In this document: positions 52,216 through 64,000 of the stretch, piece after piece | Position numbering within the stretch: the stretch's first letter is position 1 | Layout of the letters: each line of letters opens with the position of its first letter | Assembly: GCA_965655095.1 (NCBI GenBank) | Contig: OZ296653.1 | Location: forward strand, 70,432,001 to 70,496,000 | Source of the DNA: Haplodiscus bocki | Taxonomy: Eukaryota | DNA: 64,000 nt | Direction of reading: 5' to 3' | The notes under the pieces: generated by a model | What the model was told of the DNA's origin: nothing | Database searches by the model: none | Seen by the model: only the letters and a program-made list of their open reading frames with translations | Made by a program: the position numbers and the translations under genes

Positions 52216-53706
52216 ATACGTTATCATAGTTTCACAAAAGTCGCGCACGTTTTCTCATACAATGGCCATAAGATGGTCCAGTTTATGACTTCCATGGAAT
52301 CATACCATACTATGGCCATGAAATTCATTAACCACCATTTTATGGACTCTTTATGACTGTCATGACATCCATTTGTCTTTATGCTACAGTGTATGACCTT
52401 CATGTTTTCATTCACCACCATAAATGACAGTGTATGAGTTCAATGTTTCTTTTCATTGAGGTCAACTCGGGTACCGGCAGCTTGAGTAAAATTTTGTGCG
52501 AACTGTGACAACTGTGACAAATTATATGCTCCGTGGGTTCAGAACGGCTCGCTTTTGGTGTAAAAAGAAGATACCAAGACACAAATCAAACGTGAAAAGT
52601 TTTTTAGACGGAGTTTCTAAAATGTGACATAATTGTTATAGTTCTGCTTCACCTATCTTCAAAACCTAATTAATTTTGCAGGAAAAGATTTGTTGAAGAA
52701 CTGATTCGAAAAGCAGTCCGTCTGTTGACGACCTATTTGTATCATGCTGCGTGAAAATCTTCAATGAGAACTAAAATTCCAGACTTGAGCTAATTTAAAG
52801 GAGGTTATCATGGAAACGTTTGAGCTTTGAATGTTGATTAAATCACGTTGGTTTAAGGCAGTATCACAAAATTTTCGCAGATACAAGAGAAAAACGGTGA
52901 AAAGCGAATAAATATAGCTTATTCGACGAACAGGATTCGGCATACGCAAAAAGAAATCAGGAAAACTATATATAGTCTAGTCGTTCCAAAAGCTTTGGCG
53001 GTGATCTATTTAAAAAAAGGTATGTTCATTTAAAAGAATGCACAGAAAAATTTTTACCGCTTGGGAATTGAATAATTTTCATAATATGTACCAGAAGATA
53101 TCACGAAAAATGTCCACATTTGACTGAGAGGAAAAGTTGACATTTTTCAGTTATGTTCGAAAATCCTGAAAAAAAAACAAAATTTTGCCAAATGTGATTT
53201 CTGTGTTGATTTATGATAAACTTGTATCTAAAATTAGAAAGCAAACGCAATATGCACGTTCGCTCACCCTAGTCGGCAACGGATGTAAGTTTTGTATGAT
53301 TTTGTATGTTACCGAAAACCTTGTGAAAAGTTTTCAGAGATTCATATAAAACTTCCGATACCTAAATTTTATCTGTAGCGTTGACATTTTCCGTTTCGCT
53401 GATGAATTTTGAAAAAATTGGAGGGTTTTATAAATTCCATGTAAAATTAAAATTACAAAAAATCATTGAAATTTCTCAAGTGTCACAATGCAAACAAAAT
53501 TATTATATAAATAATTCCCAACGGCTTTACGACAATTCGGACCAAGGACCAATTGGAACCGAACACCAGATTCAGAAAAACGACAAATTTAGACCCAATT
53601 TTGAAATTTGCGCCACAATTAATTGGCTAAATAGCCTAATTACTTTATTAGCAAAAAACTTAACCCAATTTATTTTCTGAAAGTATACCAATTTTGCTAC
53701 CACTTC

Positions 53707-55724
53707 TGTCGTAAGAGTCATCTGGGCCAAAAACTTGTGGTGTTTGACTCTCAGAGACCCTAGCTACAGGATGAGGATCAACTTGGGAGCCGTACTCATT
53801 TGTTCCTTGGTTTTTTATGTTCAGTGTGTTTCGGGATGTCGCCGGAGCGGATCCGGAGTGGACTTGTGTTTGTGGGTTCAGAAGAAACCATCAAGTTGGG
53901 AGAGAGCGCCAAAAATGCGGCTCTCCGTCCTACTGAACACCTTAGACAACTTCTTGGTTATTCTAATTTCCATCTCCTCGGAGACTTGAGTATTATACTC
54001 CTCTTGTGACCTGGCAACACTTGTGCTTTGTGCCAAGCCGTTCTTGAGATTTTCCTCACAATTCTCCTTGTTAAGGGCTGCAAATTTTTTCCTATATTTC
54101 AGAGTTGCCATCAGCAAATTTGCCATAGGTGAAGACTGAATTATTTGTTCTTTAGCTTTAAGTAAAAGTTTTAAAACAACAAATAACGAAGAACTACCTT
54201 CAGACCAAGACAGTCAAAAGTATCAACAAAGTATTATGCCATGCAACAAGTATCTATTTTTACTATCATGTTGTACTTTCGTTTCTCCTATTAATACCTT
54301 ATCCTTAGCGGAAAACATAAATGTTTACACGCCAAGTCAACGTACAAGTAAGTGAAGTTATAACTATAGAATCTTTTAATAATAAAAAGATACAATCAAG
54401 GAAATAGATTAATATCCGTTTGTTCCGTAGCGGTTCCGTCCCAATCTGGATCAGTGCACCAGAATTGCACGGATAAGATACGTGCCATTTACTTGACATC
54501 AACTATCAGGAACGATACGTATACACCACAATCGCAACAATTTTAAACACTGTACATTCGTTTCTCCTCTTTATATTTTTTCTTTGGTGGGAAACACAAT
54601 TGTTTACGCCAAGTCAACGTATAAAAAGGTAAAAGTACTGTACTCATAAAACTTTTAAAGAAAAAATGCCGACTCTGGCAGGAAATACACATCTTTTTAT
54701 CCAATTCTTCCATTCTAGGCCGCGTTTTTTCCATCTTTGAACGGAAAAAGTATGGGCCTAATCCGTCAAGAAAGGACATGAAAGTGCTTGTTCCGGCGCT
54801 GACGCCATAAATAATATTTCAAGCAAAAAGATCAAAATAATTTCCTCAATTGGAAAATATTTTAAAATTCTTCAATTGTTAAAAAAATAAGATAAAAGAA
54901 AATTTAGAAAAAAAGGAAGATCATGGTTACATAGCAGAAATATAATTGCATCGTTTAAATTCACTTTTAGGAACAAAACTAAGCCCTTTCTTAGTCCGTT
55001 CCTCAGTGCTACCCGGCAGTTCCTCATTTTGGCCCAAGAGTTTTGGAACGACTACGTCGCCACCTGTAGCACTGCTCAGCGCAGTGCTACTGAGATGATC
55101 GAAATGAGTGGCTAGGGAACCGCTTCGTGTTTGTCCAAAATAACACAGCATAGTAGCACAGTGGATTGGATTTAATTCAACAGACGTAGCCAGATTGGTT
55201 GCGACGGAAGACGTACAGAACAAATATTGACTTATAAAGTCAAGCGCTATAATTGGTATCATAATATCTACAGCAAAATCATTGACATTGTCAGTCGGAA
55301 TTTAAATCATAGCACTCATATGTCAACTGGTGGGTTCATATCCATAAATACATAAATAAGTTATAAATATAGCATCTATTATTTATATAAATATACAGTT
55401 AGGGAAATAGATGAATATCCGTTTGTTCCGTAGCGGCTCCGTCCCACTCTGGTTCAGTGCACCAGAATTGAACGTGAAGGATACGCGCCATTTACATGAC
55501 ATCAAATATTCTGAACGATACGTATACACTACGCATCGTTTACATGAACTACATATACAGGGAGGTGTTACGTAACTACTACGTTTTATTTACATGAAAT
55601 TAGTAATCTATTTCTGTTAAATTTCAGTTTTGATGAGGTTTTCAGTTTATCTAGTAGAGGGGCCTGGGGTGCCTTTCACTTCAGGAAGCGTCTGTCTGCA
55701 GGCTTCGCAGACATGCTGCGAACT
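53707..55724 (-). mobile_element. Solo LTR (~2.0 kb, with internal duplication) containing a Gag-like N-terminal ORF
   Basis: Ends TACGACA; degenerate start (..TCGCAGCATGTCTGCGAAGCC); ACTTC on both flanks; ~54410-54530 duplicated at ~55415-55530. Confidence 0.8.
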
Positions 55725-57360
55725 ACTTCTGATATAATTTATATAAATCACCCGGGCCGCATTAAATTCGTTCTCTTGGGGCGGTAGACATCCCAGTGAA
55801 TATCTAAAAAGCTATAACTCCAGAACATTTTTTGAAGCAACAAACTCAGAACGACCGAAGTCGGCTCTGACATTAAGTCTCAAAAGATTCATGGGGAATT
55901 TTCTGTGTTATATAGTTTTTCTGAAAAATTATTTTTCGAACTAGCAAAGGGAGTATGACGACGTTGGGGATTAGTATTTTCCGCCCACATTTTACCTTGC
56001 CCCATTGTTTTTTATTGTAAACTTGCCAACTACACAATTTTTGCAAATTTGAACTTTTTTCTTCTGAATTTTTTTCTATGTGGGAAGAAGTAAAAAAATT
56101 CTACACAATTATTTTTTTCTCTAACACACTTGTAACAAAGTTAGAACGAGTAAAATATCCGCGTGGTAGCCGGGCGTCTTGTTTTTCATGTTTCTATTTC
56201 ATTTTGAAAAAATTGGAAAGCGGAAAACATTGAGGTAGATTTCAGGGCATTGGGAATGCCAAAATTTTGAAAATGAGAAGATCAAATCGCCTCTGTAATA
56301 CTTTGGTTGGTATTCATTCACACTTCTAATTGGCGATGATAGCTATGATGATCTATCATTCTCAAAGATTTTTTAAACGTTGCTAATTATCTCTAATTAG
56401 AAGTAGTTAGAACTTTGGGCCGAATTCGTCTTTGGTCCGAGTTTGCTATGTGGTCCGAATTGTCGCACCACCGTTTTCAACCACTGCTTAAATATCAATG
56501 AGCTTTCCAGAACTAGGCAACAATTTTGCAATTTTGGATATTCAAATAACTAGAAAAGTCTTCGCGGGCAATCTGGAATTCGTTAATTTGTTGAAAGCTG
56601 TAATAACATAATATTTTACACATTTATATGAAAATTGTTCGACAATTATTTCGAGTGATCCATCAAAAAATGACTCTTGAAAACTTTTTTAGACAACTGA
56701 TATATAATTCTGTAGCAACTGTATAATAGCAGTCACATAGCGATTATCGATTCGAATACCTTTTGACACAACGTTTGTAGCACCTTTTTCAGTTTTTTAC
56801 ATAAAATGTTTCCAAAGGAAAACTTTAATTTGTTCATTGTCCGCAATGCAAACAGTCCGCTTCCATAAAATAACATTTACCCGATCCTGGAATCAAAGTC
56901 AGTCAAAATTTCAAAGCACAAACATGCACGTCCATTAAATTTTGTTCTTAAAGAAAACTATTCAGTTTCAAAACCTCAGGTTTGGACGGCATGATAAACT
57001 CTTACTGTTTTTTCCTTGAAATTTTATCTTCAGCCATGATGACTATTTGCATTGGTATAACAGAAAGCTCCAGAAGAAACGGATTGCATACGGTGGAGAA
57101 ACACGAGGCCCAAGACTACCGAAAATCTCCTACATCCGGCATGCTGGGTCACTTTTAAACCTAGGGTTTCCATGTGTGTGCTGGCTCTGCGAGTGCGGAA
57201 AATCCACTGCCAATTAGGCTAAAAACTAATAAGTCAGGCTAAATTTTTAGTCCAAAACCAGCAAAAACCTCATAAAACTTTGCCCCTCAGTAGGTGATAC
57301 TAAGATCCAAAGTTTCTGCATTCTGTGAAGAAAAAAACAAAGAAATATGCAACATTCCCA

Positions 57361-57993
57361 CCCAGCGTTTGACTTCCTGGAGAATCTTGAATTTCCTGCC
57401 AGGAATTATTGATTCCTGAATTTCCACGTGGGAATCCTGAATTCCTGAGCTTCCTGGTAAGACTCCTAGAATCTTGAATTTCCTGGTATGAACCCTGAAT
57501 TCTTGAGTTTCCTGTTAGGATCTAGGTTCAGCACCTGAATGCACTAAATTCGAAAGACACATGCGCTAAATGTTTTAAAAACATTATTACATTATTTCTA
57601 ATTCATATTACTATGCTCTATCAATGCTCTATGTTCGCTTTGACAATAGCAATTCCAAATTAAATAAATATAAACGTGGCCACATGCTCTACCTCTATGC
57701 TATATCAATAACAGTTGCTACTACCACGTTGAAATCTAATCAAGCTGGAATTGGTAAGGCAAAATCAGATTTGGCAGATAGCACAGTGGTAGAGTATTAG
57801 GTTACGGTTCCAAATCACTGTGGTTCGAACCCGAGTGGAAAAATTTTGGTTTTTTACACGTTTGCCTCCTGGATTTACTGTATAATCTTCCATGATCTTG
57901 CAAGATCCTGGTAGATTCCTGGATATTTCTACCAGAAATCCTGAGGAATCCTGGAAGGATCCTGGTAGGAAATCCAGGATGTCAAACGCTGGG
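57361..57993. mobile_element. CCC...GGG MITE (CMC/EnSpm-type termini) with GAAT(T)CCTG repeats
   Basis: TIR CCCAGCGTTTGAC(T/A)TCCTGGA; 2-bp TSD CA. Confidence 0.8.
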
Positions 57994-58719
57994 CAGTTTG
58001 ATATTACCCGATAATAAACAGAAAATTGATATTAAGTTTGATTCTTCATCAATCTCGTCTCTTAGTTCTATCTTTTATCTTGTTATATCATGCTTCTCCA
58101 AGTGCCTTTCAGCCACAGCTGTCTTTTTGCTGCTAACCATGTTCATAGAAAGTCATCAGGTCATTTAGAAATTTTGACGTCATCCACGCAAACAAAACAT
58201 TTGGCAAAAAATTCGACGCCAATTGCTTTCGATTACATGAAATCAAAGAATATCAAACTCGGCGTCACGTGGATACCGCATTCAAGAAAACTATACTGAT
58301 ATTATTTATACCTTCAATGTTTCCATGAGCAGTTTGAAAAAATAAATTGAAAATTTTCATCGATGCCATGATTTCAAAAAATATCGTTTCGCCACTTTTG
58401 TTGACAGTTTTAGAACCAAAGATGTTGAAAGAAATCGGTTTCGGCAATGTTCGAAAAGTGTAATTTGGTAATGGTTGATACATCTGATGTAATTTTTTTA
58501 GTCCGAAACACTTTCACAGAAAGTGAAATTAAACGCATATTAATGCACCTGAATACTAGCCCGGATGTAAAAACCCGAAGAAATTGGTGACGAAAATGCG
58601 CGCTTACGGTATACAATAATTCCCAGGCACTTGATGGCATGCTTCTCTTGAGGAAAATTGAATTTGAAAACATCATCAAATTTCTACAAAATGGAGCTTG
58701 AGTGGAACCCCCCCCCCCC

Positions 58720-58720
<1 letters not shown>

Positions 58721-58766
<46 letters not shown>
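58721..58766 (+). repeat. (CA)n microsatellite preceded by poly-C
   Basis: Direct observation. Confidence 0.95.
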
Positions 58767-58767
<1 letters not shown>

Positions 58768-60495
58768 TGCCAACAATTAATTTCAATTGAACTTCAAATG
58801 GGTTTAAAAAATTCTTAAGATTTTCATATGTTTGAAGAAATGTTACCCATTATTGCCAAAAATATTATTTTATAATAAAAACTGCATTGAAAACTTCGTT
58901 ATGAAATAACGTGTGAGTAAAAATAAAAAGAACCTCTTGAGTGTCTGAACAACGGATTATTTAGCGATGCTAAATGTGGGCCAGTTATTTCTCTCCGAAG
59001 TATAGGCACAAACCTAACCACAAGGCTCCTCGATTGAGTGTGGTACCGAAAAATGCAACAGATTGTCTGGAGTCTGTAAAGTTTGTAAGTGTGTTCAAAA
59101 TTGTTTTCCAGGAGCCCTCAACGCTAGACAGTGAAATTAAAAACTGTATTATTGTTTGACTATGGAAAAAAACGTTGATTTGATTGATTCGTCGACGGTT
59201 TTTCTGTGGAATGGAAGGCGGAACATTAGCGGCGACTATTTTTAGGCCAAAATATTTTATCTCGCTCTGCCAAAAAACTCAGTAGGGGAAGCACTGAAGT
59301 TTTTGAGAAGATTGTATGTTTTTCTGCACTGCAGTACATAAAAACATACACATTTTTTGAAATGGTTGCATTGCTTGACTGCGGTATATGGTTTTCTGTC
59401 TTCACCACTGTTCTTTTAGGATGCGCAAAATATCAACTCTTTAATTTCGTCGAACACTCGGTGAAAAAAAAGTACCTTAGGTTGGCAGTTTTACTTAAAT
59501 CAAAAGCACCGTCTGAAATTTGTTTTCTTCTTCAGCTACAAAATTTATAATTTAGGGAAAGAAAATGTCTCGGTGGCCTAATATTTCTCAGGAAAAGTTA
59601 ACCTGAGGAAAAGAGGCAAATTGGATTAGGTTCAAAGACATCACGTTAAAAATCAATTTTTTCATTACTCCTTTCCTATTTTATGAAGCTAAAGGGTCCA
59701 ACGTGTTAATAGTTAATTCCAAAATTTATGAAGATTTTTTCACGGTGGGAGTTTTGACGAGAAGTTTTCTCACGGAAAAAATCAATTAAATAGATAAATA
59801 GGCTCCCGAAGACTTTCAGCTTCTATTCACGATAACCCGTTTGAAAATCGATATACCATGCCCCAGTTCCTTGGGGTGTTAGCGGAAGAAAGTTTACTAA
59901 GTGGAGCTGACCATTGGGAAAGTTAACACTTTTACGAACCTTCTTTGTGAGCATAGAGAGGCTTATAAAAGCAGAAGAAAATTTCGCACTTTCGATTTTT
60001 TTTGCGAAAGACTGCTGACCATTTCGCCACACAAACTAAAGCGCTTCAATTAAAAATACCAAAAAAAAAGAATTTGGAGATGAGTAAAATGTGATGATTT
60101 CTTCTTGATCAAAACCAGTTTGTTACATCAATACACAAAAAGTGGAATCTAACACAGAGCGTTCTCGTGGACACGTAAAAATTCAGTTTTGAGAGCACCA
60201 TTCGAAATTGGTTTGTTCAAAGCCCGAGAAAATCACTAAATTTTTGATAATTTTTCAAAAAAAATTGCTCAAAATATTCCCCTGGACACATAGAAATCAG
60301 TTTTGAGACCCCAGTTATTGTCCAAAATTGCACTTTTTGAGCTAAGATCGAGCCTCCTCGCATCATAGGCTGCCTGTTTTTCTTAAATATTTCGAGCCAT
60401 TTGTGACCACTTTTTAATTTTGTAGTGCCATTGCTCCTTATTGCATAGTATAAAAACTTTTATCTCACAATAATAAATTTTATCTCATAATAAAC

Positions 60496-60496
<1 letters not shown>

Positions 60497-60550
<54 letters not shown>

Positions 60551-60572
60551 TATTATCACTAATATTATTATT
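60497..60572 (+). repeat. (TAT)n microsatellite
   Basis: Direct observation. Confidence 0.95.
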
Positions 60573-60679
60573 ATGATTACTATTAAAATTATCGACATTT
60601 TGGTTCAAGTTATTATTATTTCCAAGATCACATCAAAACTTCTACTTTTTCCCCTAAATGTTTTCCTCAGCATAAAATT

Positions 60680-62450
60680 TTGAGGCATGCAAGAGCAGTC
60701 TATGCCAGGCAAACAACTTACAAATACCAAAAAAAACCCTTCTACAGAAATTTTTGGTACTGGTCTTTAACTCCTTTTATGCACAAAGCTTTTTGATACC
60801 ACCAACTTGCAAGAACACAAAACAGTTCCCTTACGAAATATTTCGGTACTTTCCGCGAAAAAAATTTAACAAAGATTCGTGATTTCCCAATTTTGCGTAA
60901 ATTTTTGGTAACAGGAACTTTCAGAAACATCAAAAGGGCCCCCTCACGAAAGTTTGCTGATTGGCGAAAACTTTACCACATTTTTTTGTGATACCCCGGT
61001 TATGGTTCACCAACATTTTAGCATCAGACACGCAGACAGCGCTACAAGCTTCCAGAAACACTAAAAATTTCCAGAAGTACCAAAAGGGTTCCCTTACTTT
61101 CTTTTTGTTACTGTGATACTGTGCGAAAAAACGTTCCCCTAATTTTGTGGTGATACCCTCCTATGGTTTGCCGCGCGAGACAGATGAACAGGGTCAACTA
61201 TGACGTCTTCTTCTTAGCTTACCTTAGTCACCGTCAATAAGTCTCCGAAAAGGAAAAAAGTAACTTGTTGTGCAGTTTTATTCCTTCTCCAGAACTTTCG
61301 AAATTCACGCAAAAATCGTGTTGCAGAATCTTTAGTCTCTTCTAAAGTACATATATGAATTGTCACTACAAAAACGTAACCCCAACCTAGAACGCACCAA
61401 TTCTTATACGATCTGGTTTTTTGATTTCTGAATCTTTCGGAGTCAAATTTCGTTTCATTTTTGTTCCACGATCCACGACACAGTCATTTCTGATCTGCGT
61501 TAGTCTTTTTTTGTGTTTCCGAAAGATTCTTTGTTTCCACATAGAAGAAACAACTAAACTTGTTCCAGATTTCGGAAGAACTGGCAAAAGCTGGACCTTT
61601 CAACAAATTTCAACTCTCCGAAACCTATATCTTCATTTTATGAAGTGACTTCAGTTCTGAAATTTGAACTGTTTCCCTCAAAAAACATTCTCCAATACTT
61701 ATCTACTGCTTTTTCATCTGGGCTTCAAACAAAAAAAAGCAGCTGGTCAACATTTTTCCAGGAACACGTCGTTGTGTACGTTGAATGGTCCTTAGAGTCA
61801 GGCCGGTATTAAAAAAATGTGATATTTTTCATTCTCGAAACTCAAAGTCCTTTTCTTTGAAAACGACCAAACGGATTTGTTCAATGAAGGCCACATAAGC
61901 CAACTTTCCACCTGTAGGAATTCATTTGTCATCAGAAAGCTGGCATTTGAGATATTGATCATTTGTGTCAGAAAATAAGGAGCAGGTAATTTTCTGAACT
62001 GATATTCAAAACAACCTTAGATTCTTCGAAACAACCTGCTGATTTTCATCCACCAATGTCCTGCTCGACTAAGGTCACTTTTTTATTCTATGTTCAATAA
62101 ATAGTTTTCTGCTATTTGACCTGTCCAATGGAAACCTTTTTGACCTGAATTAGCAAGAACTGCGTTTATATATGATTATTCTTGGTAATCAAACTGAACT
62201 TTTCTTCAAACCTCCTGGCTATAACTGTTCCATCATTGTCTCAATCAAAAGTTTTTTACTTGCAAAACAGCCTTCATCGAAGTATTTTACGGTATCGATT
62301 TTCCTCGCAATTCAAATCTAAACTTCGCCAAAACTAACGGCTACGTTTCTTCAATCAAGGTCTCAGTCGATTTTCGTATACTTGTAAAATAATACTCGAC
62401 TGTTCAAAGTTCCGTTTGTTTATTGGGAACGGAAGCCCGATAGGGCAAAA
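60680..62450 (-). mobile_element. Partial second copy of the long HINE-like element with cargo
   Basis: Colinear matches to ~35160-36990 (GCAGTCTATGCCA, GAAGGCCACA, CAATGTCCTGCTCG, GGAACGG). Confidence 0.55.
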
Positions 62451-64000
62451 ATTTAAAAAATGGTTTCATATATGCATGCTGTGTGTTAAATTTTCATGCA
62501 AGGTCGATTACGTACGATCTTTAGTCATATTATTGCCAGAAGTCCTCAACTTCACCCTTTAGTATACGGTTTTCCAAGAATATCTCAAGTTCAATTTTTG
62601 CTCATTAGACTATAATATCATAGCTAACAAAAATTGCGCATTCTTCTCCATACCATTTCCATAGTATGGTCCAGTTTATGACTTGCATAGAATCAAACCT
62701 GACCTGTATGTTTCGGCCCGTTCATGAATTTAATGATAGTTAAATAAGGAACATTGTATGACTCAACTCTTCTCATGTATCGCCATATTTGATTTTGTAT
62801 GATTTTCATGTTTTCCTTGTATGTTTGTATGTTTCATGGATCAATCCAGTTAAATCCATTTTAGGTGATTTTGTAAGCGCAAGAACTGATAACTAGAGTT
62901 GTGGTTCAACTTGATCGCATAGTGCGTCCAGATTTTAAAATGTGAGACTCACTCATCCAGCGATTTTGCTGCATATACGTTCTAATGCATACCAGTCCGG
63001 TGACGCCATTTGATTGCTAATCTACTTCTTGTACCACTATGCTATATTTAATCAATCCCGAAAGGATAGAAGTAATTCACCGTATCTTCCATATTAATTG
63101 ACACTTATCTCAAGGCCAGTAGTAAAGCTGGTACTCGGACGGAATTAGTTCGGATGAAGTTGCAAACAACACGGCCGACAACCACCGGCATATTTTTTGC
63201 CCTCTAACTTTGCTAAAGATACCTTTTAGAAGGAAAAAAGCGTTGGCAGAATCGCTCACATCAGATATTCCTCGCAGCAATTTTGCAAGAACAAATATAT
63301 CTTGCAAGTACAGAAAAATCTTGCAAAAACAGAAACCTCTTGCAAGTTTGTTGCAAGAAACCGTAAGATGAATCCAAGAATTTTCCAAGAAAATGTATGA
63401 TCTCCAAAAAATTTGTAGACTGTCTCCATGTCTATTTGGTCGCACTTCTTTGAGAATCAATTCTGAAACAAAGAAGCGTTTTTGGTGGCAAGTTTATTCA
63501 TGGACGCAGGAAGAACATCCTCGAATTTGTTTCGATTTTTCAAAAATATATATTTGCGAAAGCACTTGCGAATACAAGCGAATCTTTAACCTTTCTTGCA
63601 AGAATCTTGCAAAAAAACGTGAAACAAATCCGAGAAACTTGCAAGATAATGTATGAATTCTACAATATTGCTACCAAATGACATTGGCCGAAAATCCTTG
63701 AGAAAGAGTTTTGAGAGTTCGAAGAATTTCTCGCAGCAACGTCATCTATGAATAGCGGAAGAACACCCCAGCCACTGCTTCACCACCACCCCCTTCTGTT
63801 TCACACCCCCCCCCCCCAATGCCCCATTGATTAAAACCCCCTCCCTCCCTCCCTCCCTCTCTCCCTTCCTCCCTACCCCCCACTGCCACAAAAATTCACC
63901 CCTCCTCCTCCCCCCCCCAAACACACACAAACGCGTTTGTTATTTCTGTTTTGAGGGGAAGTTTCTTCAGAATGGGTCCAAAAAAGACCAAATTTTGGCC

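Larger units (their letters stand above)
49128..52471. mobile_element. Outer MITE of a nested stack
   Basis: TIR CTCGGGTTGACCT / AGGTCAACTCGGG; TA on both flanks. Confidence 0.55.

Noticed and set aside
63770-63930. C-rich tract as telomeric repeat or gene
   Set aside because: Low-complexity sequence with no regular unit; at most G4-forming on the minus strand.

Overview
Eukaryotic (animal-type), AT-rich, transposon-dense window with no intact host gene recognisable. (1) 4124-12329 (-) is a Ty3/Gypsy element. Its gag starts inside a ~1.8 kb LTR and reads through a 42-nt-period array of LTR-end/PBS-like junctions. It uses a UUUAAAC -1 frameshift into pol. After pol comes a convergent, antisense gene with three introns (1-3919, +) encoding a BED-like zinc finger and an apparently catalytically dead hAT-like body. 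(2) 12968-22255 (+) is an old, decayed Gypsy element with short LTRs. (3) Nested in it is a full-length Ingi/Vingi-like LINE (18427-21887, 13-bp TSD) whose first nucleotide starts a compact HDV-like ribozyme fold and whose single ORF has 2A-like, PHD, APE, RT and Zn-finger parts. (4) Three TSD-flanked solo LTRs of 1.7-2.0 kb each carry the first ~130 codons of a Gag-like ORF. (5) The remainder is Helentron/HINE-like elements with ~120-bp tandem arrays, CCC...GGG MITEs, palindromes, microsatellites and decayed coding fragments. Family assignments come from motif recognition only; no database search was possible.
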